From an uncultured Bacteroidota bacterium (GTDB taxonomy: Bacteria > Bacteroidota > Bacteroidia > Flavobacteriales > Flavobacteriaceae): a stretch of 64,000 nucleotides of DNA. The stretch lies in the NCBI GenBank assembly GCA_902526075.1, contig CABZJM010000001.1, forward strand, positions 2,829-66,828, written 5' to 3'. Both the position numbers and the translations under genes were made by a program. Each line of letters opens with the position of its first letter. Position 1 is the stretch's first letter. The notes under the pieces are model-generated. The model searched no databases. It saw only the letters and a list, made by a program, of their open reading frames with translations, and was not told where the DNA came from. Below, in pieces: positions 50,239 to 58,572 of the stretch.

Positions 50239-51696
50239 TTATTTGTTTATCAAATTAGCAACAAGTTCACCAGAAACTATTGCAGGCGGTACACCTGGAC
50301 CTGGGACTGTTAGCTGACCACAGAAATACAAATTCTGTACCAACTTACTCTTGATATTAGGTCTTAAAAAAGCGGTTTGAAAAAGTGTATTTGCCAAACC
50401 ATAAGCATTCCCACCATAAGAGTTGTATTCATTCTTGAAATCACTAACGCAAAAACTTCTTTTATATATAACTGAGTCCCTTAAATCTTGTTTTGTATAA
50501 TTTTCAAGTTTTTTCATAATAAGGTCGAAATATTTATCTCTAATTTCATTTGTATCCTCAAGATTTGTAGCTATGGGAATTAAAAAAAAGCCATTTTCAC
50601 AATTTAGGGGTGCAGTTTTTGGATTGGTTTTGGAAGTGAAATTTGCATAAAAAAGAGGATCAGATGGCCAACTTGGGTTATCGTATATTTCTTCAGCATG
50701 TTGGTCGAAATCGGTGTCAAAAAATAAATTGTGATGATTGACGTTTTTAATCTTTTTATTAAAGCCAACATAAAAAAGTAATGATGAAGGTGCAAAAATT
50801 CTTTTAGCCCAGTATTTTTCTGAATATTGTCTAAATTTATTAGGAAGTAATGTTTCAGTGTGATGATAGTCAGCTCCAGAAAGAACTATATCACAATCGA
50901 ATTCTTTATTCTTAAAAATTAGTTTATTAGCCTTATTTTCCTTGACTTCAATTTTTTGTAGACAATGATTAATTTGGTAATTGACTCCAAGTGACTTTCC
51001 AAGAGAAACCATTGCATTAACTAGATCATAAAATCCGTTTTTTGGCTGGAAAGTACCAAGTCCAAAATCTGCGTAATTCATAAAATTATAAAAGGCAGGA
51101 GTATTAGATGCCTTGGCACCTAAAAATAACACTGGAAATTCCAAGACCGATCTCAGTTTGGGGTTTTTGAAATCTTTATGCACATCTTTTCTTATCGTAG
51201 ACAAGAAATATCTTATTTTTTTTAAAGTTTTAATTGAGACCAGTTCTAAAGGACTTAACCCGGGCATTTTGTATAGCATGTCAGTAACCCCAATCCCGTA
51301 ATTTTCCCTAGCTTTATCTAGAAATCTAATCAATTTTTTTCCGCTTCCCTTTTCTATTTTTTCAAATTTCAAAGATATTTTTTCAATGCTATCTTCAATG
51401 TCAATATAGTCATCTAATCCAAAATAAACTCTGTATGCAGGGTTGAGCTTTTCTATTTCATAAAAATCCCTTGTGGACTTATTAAAATCATTAAAAAACT
51501 TATCAAATACGTCAGGCATCCAATACCAACTTGGTCCCATGTCAAAGGTGAATCCTTTAGCTTTGAACTGTCTTGCACGACCTCCTAGTTCTTCGTTTTT
51601 CTCAAATACGGTAACCTTGTGACCATTTTTAGCCAAATAACATGCAGCCGATAACGACGAGAAACCAGAACCAATAATTGCTATATTTTTTTTCAT
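50239..51696 (-). CDS. crtI: Phytoene desaturase
   Basis: IAIIGSGFSSLSAACYLAKNGHKVTVFEKNEELGGRA and C-terminal GQLTVPGPGVPPAIVSG. I start at ATG 51696 (MKKNIAIIG) because the track start 51711 runs into the tRNA gene. Confidence 0.9.
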   Translation of the reverse strand: MKKNIAIIGSGFSSLSAACYLAKNGHKVTVFEKNEELGGRARQFKAKGFTFDMGPSWYWMPDVFDKFFNDFNKSTRDFYEIEKLNPAYRVYFGLDDYIDIEDSIEKISLKFEKIEKGSGKKLIRFLDKARENYGIGVTDMLYKMPGLSPLELVSIKTLKKIRYFLSTIRKDVHKDFKNPKLRSVLEFPVLFLGAKASNTPAFYNFMNYADFGLGTFQPKNGFYDLVNAMVSLGKSLGVNYQINHCLQKIEVKENKANKLIFKNKEFDCDIVLSGADYHHTETLLPNKFRQYSEKYWAKRIFAPSSLLFYVGFNKKIKNVNHHNLFFDTDFDQHAEEIYDNPSWPSDPLFYANFTSKTNPKTAPLNCENGFFLIPIATNLEDTNEIRDKYFDLIMKKLENYTKQDLRDSVIYKRSFCVSDFKNEYNSYGGNAYGLANTLFQTAFLRPNIKSKLVQNLYFCGQLTVPGPGVPPAIVSGELVANLINK

Positions 51697-51704
51697 ATTT
51701 TCAG

Positions 51705-51789
51705 TGCGCACGAGAAGACTCGAACTTCCACAATCTTAAGGATTATTAGGCCCTCAACCTAACGCGTCTACCAATTCCGCCACGTGCGC
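51705..51789 (-). tRNA. tRNA-Leu, anticodon GAG, class II with long variable arm, no encoded CCA
   Basis: Hand-folded from the minus strand.
- Acceptor stem: GCGCACG/CGTGCGC, discriminator A.
- D-arm: 3-bp stem GCG/CGC with a GG-containing loop.
- Anticodon arm: stem TTAGG/CCTAA, loop TT-GAG-GG.
- Variable arm: stem AATC/GATT.
- T-arm: GGAAG-TTCGAGT-CTTCT. Confidence 0.9.
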
Positions 51790-51793
51790 ATAT

Positions 51794-52666
51794 TTAGTAA
51801 TTTTTTTTAAAATTTTTAGGGGTCAACCCATATTTATTTTTGAATGCGGTAATAAAATGACTTGAAGTGCTGTAACCTAGTTTAATACTAACCTCATTTA
51901 CATTATAACTGTTTTCAGAGAGAAGTTTTTTAGCTAATTCCATTTTATACTCAAGAAGGTATTGGTATACCGGTTTTCCATATATCTTTTTGAATCCTTC
52001 CTTTAATTTTTTTAAACTTAGGTCTATGTCATCTGAAAGTTCAATTAGAGACGGGGGATTGGTCATATTGGAAATAACCAGATTCTTGGCTTTTTGAATT
52101 TTTTTAAAGTTTTCTTCGTTAGTCAAGAATGGACACTGTTCAATATTTTGGTCTAAATTTCTGTTATATAAATGACTAAATAGTTCATATATTTTCGCCT
52201 TAATAAACAAGTTTTTTGTTGAACTACCTGAGTCAAATCTTTTTAATTCATTCAAAACCAGATATATTTTATTGGAAATTTTATTTTCATAATAATATTT
52301 TTGATTAATATTTTCATCCTTGAGGAATGTAATGTTATTACTATCCTCCGAAAATAATTTATGAAATTTTTTTATTGAGATTAATACAGACAAAACAAAT
52401 GATTTAGGTTTTATTAAAGCATCAACTGGAAGGTTTTTCTTTGGATTGTATAGTACAATATATTTTCCGTTAGACACATCCATTTTATAAGCTCCATTGT
52501 TAAAAATAAATGATGCGTTTCCTTCGATAACAAAATGGAACTGAATAAAATTTAAGTCAATCTCTTTCTTTAAAAGTTTATTTTTATCCTTATCATTTTT
52601 TGATTTTAAAACAAAGAATTTATCTTCAATTTTAGTTTCTAAAAATGATGGCTTGGTAAACTGCAT
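51794..52666 (-). CDS. AraC-family transcriptional regulator
   Basis: 290 aa. The C-terminal double HTH is typical of AraC/XylS (PSLIELSDDIDLSLKKLKEGFKKIYG...VNEVSIKLGYSTSSHFITAFKNKYGLTP). The N-terminal half looks cupin-like. Confidence 0.8.
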   Translation of the reverse strand: MQFTKPSFLETKIEDKFFVLKSKNDKDKNKLLKKEIDLNFIQFHFVIEGNASFIFNNGAYKMDVSNGKYIVLYNPKKNLPVDALIKPKSFVLSVLISIKKFHKLFSEDSNNITFLKDENINQKYYYENKISNKIYLVLNELKRFDSGSSTKNLFIKAKIYELFSHLYNRNLDQNIEQCPFLTNEENFKKIQKAKNLVISNMTNPPSLIELSDDIDLSLKKLKEGFKKIYGKPVYQYLLEYKMELAKKLLSENSYNVNEVSIKLGYSTSSHFITAFKNKYGLTPKNFKKNY

Positions 52667-52679
52667 GAATAGATATCAA

Positions 52680-53579
52680 TTAATCAATAATAAACATATC
52701 AATAATTAAACCAATTTCATCTCTTTTAACTACGTTTTCGTCAAAAAGGAATGAAAATAAGGGTTTATTCTCGACAGATCGTCTTAATAATATATCATCT
52801 TTTTGTGAATAAATGGAGTTCCACTTTTCTAAAACTAATGACCACTTTTCATTATTTTCATCCCACCATTTTATCGCTTCCCTACAATTTGATTCATCAA
52901 CCCTTGTATACATATTGAATCCTTTCTCGGATGCTATAATTACTTCAGAATTGGATTCTGAATCTTTTACCACTTTATAATTGTCCTGATCGTGGACCCA
53001 TCCATCTTTAGTTATTTCGTGACGATTTCCTCTTATCATTATGTTGTAATCATTTCTCTTTGTGTATTCCCTTCTAGGCAGAGGTGCATAGGAGGAATTT
53101 TCCCAATAACTTTTTCCGTCTGCATGAACCCATGTAGCTGATCCCTCATATCTTGGGCTATCATCTACTTGAAATACTTTCTGTGTCCATTGTCCTTTTA
53201 CATCTTTTTTAGTTTTTGATATGTATTTCCAATTATTATTTCCATCATATTTTAAAAGATCTTTATTTTGAAATATCCAATCTTGTCTCCAGTGCTTTAT
53301 GATATAGTCATTCATTACTAATAAGTGCTGAATAGAAATATGGCCTTTTTCATCTTTAATTAGCTTAGCATACTCTAATGCTTTTGCATTATAATTTTTA
53401 GATTTTGAATAATTCGAATCATTACTATACTGAAAAGTTTCAGAAAATTTAAAGTCTATTTCAAAACATCCACACATTTCTTTTATAGCTTCAATGTCTT
53501 GTTTTTTTTGAGCATTTATAATGATTGGTGAAACCAGCAATAAGATTATTATTAAGTTATAAATATTAAGTTTTCTCAT
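52680..53579 (-). CDS. Secreted Trp-rich protein of unknown function
   Basis: 299 aa. Signal peptide MRKLNIYNLIIILLLVSPIIINAQ, CGC motif near the mature N-terminus, HWRQDW and about a dozen Trp. I recognise no catalytic motif. Confidence 0.5.
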   Translation of the reverse strand: MRKLNIYNLIIILLLVSPIIINAQKKQDIEAIKEMCGCFEIDFKFSETFQYSNDSNYSKSKNYNAKALEYAKLIKDEKGHISIQHLLVMNDYIIKHWRQDWIFQNKDLLKYDGNNNWKYISKTKKDVKGQWTQKVFQVDDSPRYEGSATWVHADGKSYWENSSYAPLPRREYTKRNDYNIMIRGNRHEITKDGWVHDQDNYKVVKDSESNSEVIIASEKGFNMYTRVDESNCREAIKWWDENNEKWSLVLEKWNSIYSQKDDILLRRSVENKPLFSFLFDENVVKRDEIGLIIDMFIID

Positions 53580-53615
53580 TTATATATTATTTTATTTAGA
53601 TATTTGCACCCTTGA

Positions 53616-53634
53616 AATAATTGCAAGTTTTATT
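53616..53634. promoter_or_regulatory. AT-rich imperfect palindrome in the divergent promoter region (possible metalloregulator operator)
   Basis: AATAA-ttgcaagtt-TTATT lies between the unknown secreted-protein gene and the iron ABC substrate-binding gene. TTGCA recurs three times in this 115-nt spacer. The similarity to Fur-type boxes is only loose. Confidence 0.2.
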
Positions 53635-53694
53635 ACAGTTATTTTTAATTATATATTTATCTTGCAATTTAGAATAACTCTAAATAACATCAAA

Positions 53695-54717
53695 ATGAAA
53701 AATTATTTAATATTATTTTTTTCTCTTTTGCTATTATCATCTTGTGAAGAAAATAATTCAAATGAAATAAATATATACAGTAAAAGGCATTATCAGGTTG
53801 ATATTAAACAATATGAAAACTTTGAAAAGCTTACAGGGATTAAAGTAAATGTAATTAAAGCTGGTGATGATGAATTGTTAGAAAGGTTAAAAAATGAGGG
53901 GCAAAATAGCCCAGCAGATCTATTTGTTACTGTGGATGCAGGAAAATTGCAAAAAGGGGTAGAGATGGGACTTTTTCAAAAAATTCAAAATGAAATAATT
54001 GACTCGAATGTGAGCGATGATCTTAAAGATGTAAATGGTTATTGGATACCCATAACATACAGGGCTCGTTTGCTTGTTTATAGTAATGAGAGGGTTAAAC
54101 AATCGGAACTAAGTACTTATGAAGATTTAGCCAATGAAAAATGGAAAGGAAGATTACTTGTTAGATCATCTTCAAATGCATATAATCAAGCTTTAATGTC
54201 TTCGCTTTATGCAAATTTAGGAGAAGAAATGGTTACCGATTGGTCTACTAAAGTTGTAAATAATTTTACTAGAGATCCAAAAGGAAATGATCGTGACCAA
54301 GTCAAGGCTATAGCTGCTGGTCAAGGGGACATAGCTATTGTTAATTCGTATTATATTGGATTATTATTATCATCTGAAAAGCAGGCTGAAGTTGATGCAG
54401 GAAAATCAGTCTCTGTTTTCTTTCCTAACCAAGGAGATGATGAAAGGGGTACTCATATAAATATTTCTGGTTTTGCTATGACTAAAAATGCACCAAATAA
54501 GGAAAATGCAATAAAGTTATTAGAGTATCTTACAGGTGAGGAAGCCCAAAATACATATGTAAATAATAGTTATGAGTATCCTGCAAATCCAAAAGTTAAA
54601 CCATCTGAAATTGTTCTGTCTTGGGGTGATTTTAAAAGAGATAAATTGGATTTAAATGCACTTGGAATATTCAGGGAAAAAGCTGTAAAGATATTTGATA
54701 ATACAGGTTGGAAATAA
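53695..54717 (+). CDS. Fe(3+)-type ABC transporter substrate-binding lipoprotein (FbpA/AfuA family)
   Basis: I start at ATG 53695 (MKNYLILFFSLLLLSSCEEN lipobox). IYSKRHYQVD...FEKLTGIKVNV...SPADLFVTVDAG are family motifs. Confidence 0.8.
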   Translation: MKNYLILFFSLLLLSSCEENNSNEINIYSKRHYQVDIKQYENFEKLTGIKVNVIKAGDDELLERLKNEGQNSPADLFVTVDAGKLQKGVEMGLFQKIQNEIIDSNVSDDLKDVNGYWIPITYRARLLVYSNERVKQSELSTYEDLANEKWKGRLLVRSSSNAYNQALMSSLYANLGEEMVTDWSTKVVNNFTRDPKGNDRDQVKAIAAGQGDIAIVNSYYIGLLLSSEKQAEVDAGKSVSVFFPNQGDDERGTHINISGFAMTKNAPNKENAIKLLEYLTGEEAQNTYVNNSYEYPANPKVKPSEIVLSWGDFKRDKLDLNALGIFREKAVKIFDNTGWK

Positions 54718-56294
54718 ATTTAAATTTGAAAAAAGTAAAGCCTCAAGATAAAGTATCTTTATTACTATTTGTTTTAATCTTTTCTCCGATATTATTTCTA
54801 TTGGTAAAATCATTTAATCAAGATACTGAATCACTACTGTATTTATTTAAAAATTTATTATTTGATTACTCGGTAAATACTATATACCTTGTCTTAATTA
54901 CCTCTTTTTTTTCACTTATAATTGGGATTATTCCAGCATGGTATGTGAGTAACTATCAATTTGCAGGACGAAGAATAGTTGATTTGATTCTTTATCTACC
55001 GCTGGCTATACCAACTTATATAATGGCATTCACGTACAGTGAACTTTTAAGCTTTACTGGTCCCTTTAGGATTACCTATGATTTTTTACAGATTGAGATT
55101 TTAGGAATTCTTCTAGCTTTCTCACTATATCCATACATATACAGTGTTTCAAGAATTTCTTTTAGTCTATTTGGATCAAGATATTATGACATGGCAAAGA
55201 ACCTAGGTCTTAATGCTTATCAAACAATTATAAAAGTAGTTTTTCCACTTTCAAGACCAGCAATTTTATCAGGTTTATTTTTGGTTGTTATGGAAGTTTT
55301 AAATGAGTATGGTGCTGTAAAATATTTTGGTGTTAATACATACACCATAGGAATATTTAGATCATGGAATTCAATGAATGATAGTGGCGCTGCTATTCAA
55401 TTATCATCAATTCTACTGTTTATAGTTGCCTTTTTATTTTTTATTGAAAAATATTTTAATCAAAACAAAAGATTTAACTTTTCTAAAAACACTCAATTGG
55501 CTTCTTTAATTAAGCCAAAAAGTTCTGTTAAATTTTTGATATATGTAATTTGTCTTGTCCCAATTATTTTAGCTTTTCTTATACCAGTTCTTTTTAACTT
55601 AATTAATATTTTTTCAATTTATAAGGATATTAATTTTGAAAGATTATTAAATATTACATTTAATTCTTTTACCGTTTCAATGATAGCATCCTTTTTAATA
55701 CTTATAATTTCAACTTTTTTTCTTTACAATGAGAAAATATCAAAATCAAAATTCTATTATTATATTAATCAGTTTATTTCTTTGGGATATTCAATTCCAG
55801 GTGCAGTCGTTGCATTAGCGGTTATAATTTCTGTAAATAGTCTCGACAAACTAGATGATGATATTAGACTTTTGGGTAGTTTTTCTGTCTACTTTTTAAT
55901 TCTTATTTATGCATACATCATTAGGTTCATGGCTGTAGGTAAATCTCCGATAAAATCTAGCATGGAAAAGTATCCTGATTCATATAATAACTCTGCAAAA
56001 AATTTAGGATTATCAAATTTTAAAATTTTTCAAAAGGTATACTTTCCAATCAATAAATATGCGTTTTTCACAGCCCTGACATTGGTTTTTGTTGATATAA
56101 TGAAAGAACTGCCCATAACATTGATACTTAGGCCTTTCAATTTTGATACTTTAGCAACACAAACCTATGAATTTGCCATCGAAGAGATGATTCCTCTCTC
56201 CACTGTATATTCATCTGTAATTATTATTATTTGCTGTATATTGCTGATATTTTTAAAAATGTTCTTGGACAAATCAAATGTATTTAGAAATTAA
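54708..56294 (+). CDS. Iron ABC transporter permease (duplicated 12-TM FbpB type)
   Basis: 528 aa with two permease repeats, each with an EAA-like loop (YDMAKNLGLN and NSAKNLGLS). The TTG start overlaps the upstream gene by 10 nt. Confidence 0.8.
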   Translation: MEINLNLKKVKPQDKVSLLLFVLIFSPILFLLVKSFNQDTESLLYLFKNLLFDYSVNTIYLVLITSFFSLIIGIIPAWYVSNYQFAGRRIVDLILYLPLAIPTYIMAFTYSELLSFTGPFRITYDFLQIEILGILLAFSLYPYIYSVSRISFSLFGSRYYDMAKNLGLNAYQTIIKVVFPLSRPAILSGLFLVVMEVLNEYGAVKYFGVNTYTIGIFRSWNSMNDSGAAIQLSSILLFIVAFLFFIEKYFNQNKRFNFSKNTQLASLIKPKSSVKFLIYVICLVPIILAFLIPVLFNLINIFSIYKDINFERLLNITFNSFTVSMIASFLILIISTFFLYNEKISKSKFYYYINQFISLGYSIPGAVVALAVIISVNSLDKLDDDIRLLGSFSVYFLILIYAYIIRFMAVGKSPIKSSMEKYPDSYNNSAKNLGLSNFKIFQKVYFPINKYAFFTALTLVFVDIMKELPITLILRPFNFDTLATQTYEFAIEEMIPLSTVYSSVIIIICCILLIFLKMFLDKSNVFRN

Positions 56295-57243
56295 AAATTT
56301 AGTCAAGAGTTATAATAGCTCGCAAACAGTTATTAATAATCTCAGCTTTTCAGTAGAGAAAGGCCAAATTATTTCTTTTGTAGGTGAAAGTGGCTCAGGT
56401 AAATCTACATTTTTAAAATGTCTAGCTGGTCTTGAAAAAATTAATTCAGGCATAATTTCTTTAAACGGAAAATTGATAGATGGTAAAGATGTTTTTGTTA
56501 GGCCTCAAACAAGAAAAATAGGATATGTGTTTCAGGACTACCCTCTATTTCCACACTTGAATATCAGGGAAAATATTTGTTTTAATCTTGATAATGAATA
56601 CAACAAAAATTTTTCTAAAATAATAGAACTAACCAATCTCAATAACTTACTTGAAAGATATCCTCATGAAATTTCAGGTGGAGAACAACAAAGAGCATGT
56701 ATCGCTAGATCTATAATCAGGGAACCTGATTTGTTGTTATTGGATGAACCCTTTAGCAACCTTGATGCTAATATTAAATTTTCAATTAGGGATGAAATAT
56801 GCAGAATAATTAGAGAAAGTAATATTACTACAATATTAGTTACACATGATATAAAAGATGCCCTTAATGTTTCTGATAAGATATTAATATTTAAGGCAGG
56901 TATTGTTCAGCAGTTTTCAAGTCCTGAAACTATGTATTGTGAACCAGCTAATTGTTACTGTGCTGAGATTTTGGGTGATATAAATAAATTTACAGTTGAC
57001 GGAAAAATATACTACATAAGACCCGAAAATATTAAAATAGTTGAAAATTCAGCCAATTCAATGTATGTTGAAAAATGTTTTTTCCAAGGAAAGGAATACA
57101 AATTAGTTGGAAGATTTAAAGAAAATATTTGGTCTATTATTTCTCAAAAACCTGTAAAAGTTAATTCAGAGGTTTTCTTTGATTATTCAAAGCAAGATTT
57201 AATATTTTTTGATAAAAATTGCTCAACTTTTTTTACTTCTTAA
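56278..57243 (+). CDS. ABC transporter ATP-binding protein (FbpC type)
   Basis: 321 aa. GESGSGKST, ISGGEQQRACIARS, LLLDEPFSNLD, plus a C-terminal regulatory-like domain. Confidence 0.85.
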   Translation: MYLEIKNLVKSYNSSQTVINNLSFSVEKGQIISFVGESGSGKSTFLKCLAGLEKINSGIISLNGKLIDGKDVFVRPQTRKIGYVFQDYPLFPHLNIRENICFNLDNEYNKNFSKIIELTNLNNLLERYPHEISGGEQQRACIARSIIREPDLLLLDEPFSNLDANIKFSIRDEICRIIRESNITTILVTHDIKDALNVSDKILIFKAGIVQQFSSPETMYCEPANCYCAEILGDINKFTVDGKIYYIRPENIKIVENSANSMYVEKCFFQGKEYKLVGRFKENIWSIISQKPVKVNSEVFFDYSKQDLIFFDKNCSTFFTS

Positions 57244-58569
57244 TTTTTTCGAGAGGATTGTGGCCTTTTCGATACAATCACTCACCGAAATGCCATTAAC
57301 ATAGTTACCCAATATATGAAGGTCTTTGTTTTTATTTTCAAAATTTTTAATCTCTTTAGTTATTAAATCGTGATTTAGTCCATATTGCGGTATGCCTTTA
57401 TACCATAAAAAATCATGCTTCATAATTATTTGGCCATCATAGGAAATCAATTTTCTAACATCTCTTACAATTTTATCAAATAGTAAATCTTTATCTGTTT
57501 TTAGTAACTGTTCCTGTCTTGTGCCACCAACCATTACTGTCATTAAATCCTTACCTGATGGCGCTACATGAGGAAATATCCTACTATTAAATATTATTCC
57601 TAAAAAGCTTTTATTATCTGACGGTTTTGTTAGTACACCAAATCCACTTATATCATTTTTAATTTTTTGTTTTTCTACACCTAAATGCAATACATAAATT
57701 GGACAATAATAAATTTTTTTTAGAGTTTGAGATAGTTTTTTATCAAAAATGACCTCTGACAGGGTATAGGCAGGAATTGTACTGATTAGCTTACAACATC
57801 TATACTTAATATGATTATTTACGGTTATTTCATATAAATTTCCAATTTTAGAAATTGATGTTATTTTACTGCTAAATCTAATTTTATCTTTAATCTTTTG
57901 TTGTATTGTATTGGTCAAGTCGCTGAGGCCATTTTTAAAGTTGAATGACTTGGGTGATATATTTCTTGATTTTTTTTTAATAAAACCTAAAATTACACTG
58001 CCATAATTTTGTTCAACCTCCCAAATTTTCTTGAGAACATATTTTATACTCATTTTTCGAGTATCTCCTGCATAAACACCCGTTAGAAAAGGCTCTATTA
58101 ATACATCATGAAACTCTTTACCAAATCTTCTTTTAAAGAAATCATAAACAGACAAACTATTGTCACTCTTTTTAATGAAAATTTCAAAAAAAATGCGAAT
58201 CTTAGCACTTAAACTTAAAATATTTGACATTATAAATTGTCCAAATGACTGAGGTATTTTTATGAGTTTCCCATTCTTGATTAGAAATCTTTTATTATTG
58301 TTATTGTTTGGGTAAATAATATCATTTTTTATTTTAAGATCCAAGATTAAATCCTGTATGCTTTCGTTGTTAATTAGAACAGTGTTTGGACCATTTTCAC
58401 AAATAAAACCCTTTTTATTTTTTGTTGATATATTTCCTCCAATATATTTACTGGACTCAAAAATCAAAAAATCTTTTTCTCTCTTATTAAGATAATAACC
58501 CAATGTTAATCCAGAAATTCCAGCTCCTAAAATTATTGTATCAACCTCCTTCATAGACCTGTTGTTCAT
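57223..58569 (-). CDS. hemY: FAD-dependent protoporphyrinogen oxidase (HemY/PPOX family)
   Basis: 448 aa. DTIILGAGISGLTLGYYL dinucleotide fold, GGNISTK, C-terminal GNYVNGISVSDCI. It is the last gene of the heme operon. Confidence 0.75.
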   Translation of the reverse strand: MNNRSMKEVDTIILGAGISGLTLGYYLNKREKDFLIFESSKYIGGNISTKNKKGFICENGPNTVLINNESIQDLILDLKIKNDIIYPNNNNNKRFLIKNGKLIKIPQSFGQFIMSNILSLSAKIRIFFEIFIKKSDNSLSVYDFFKRRFGKEFHDVLIEPFLTGVYAGDTRKMSIKYVLKKIWEVEQNYGSVILGFIKKKSRNISPKSFNFKNGLSDLTNTIQQKIKDKIRFSSKITSISKIGNLYEITVNNHIKYRCCKLISTIPAYTLSEVIFDKKLSQTLKKIYYCPIYVLHLGVEKQKIKNDISGFGVLTKPSDNKSFLGIIFNSRIFPHVAPSGKDLMTVMVGGTRQEQLLKTDKDLLFDKIVRDVRKLISYDGQIIMKHDFLWYKGIPQYGLNHDLITKEIKNFENKNKDLHILGNYVNGISVSDCIEKATILSKKLRSKKS

Positions 58570-58572
58570 AGC

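Noticed and set aside
47718-51789. The crtIBZY cluster as a tRNA-targeted genomic island.
   Set aside because: There is no integrase, transposase or other mobility gene. I found no direct repeat of the tRNA-Leu 3' end at the far (acnA) boundary. The cluster is as AT-rich and as tightly packed as its flanks.
51790-51860. A TTGACC hexamer inside the 3' end of the AraC gene, as a possible -35 element for the tRNA.
   Set aside because: The spacing to the nearest TA-rich -10-like hexamer is about 24 nt. Bacteroidota sigma-A promoters use a different consensus (TTTG / TAnnTTTG), which is absent here.
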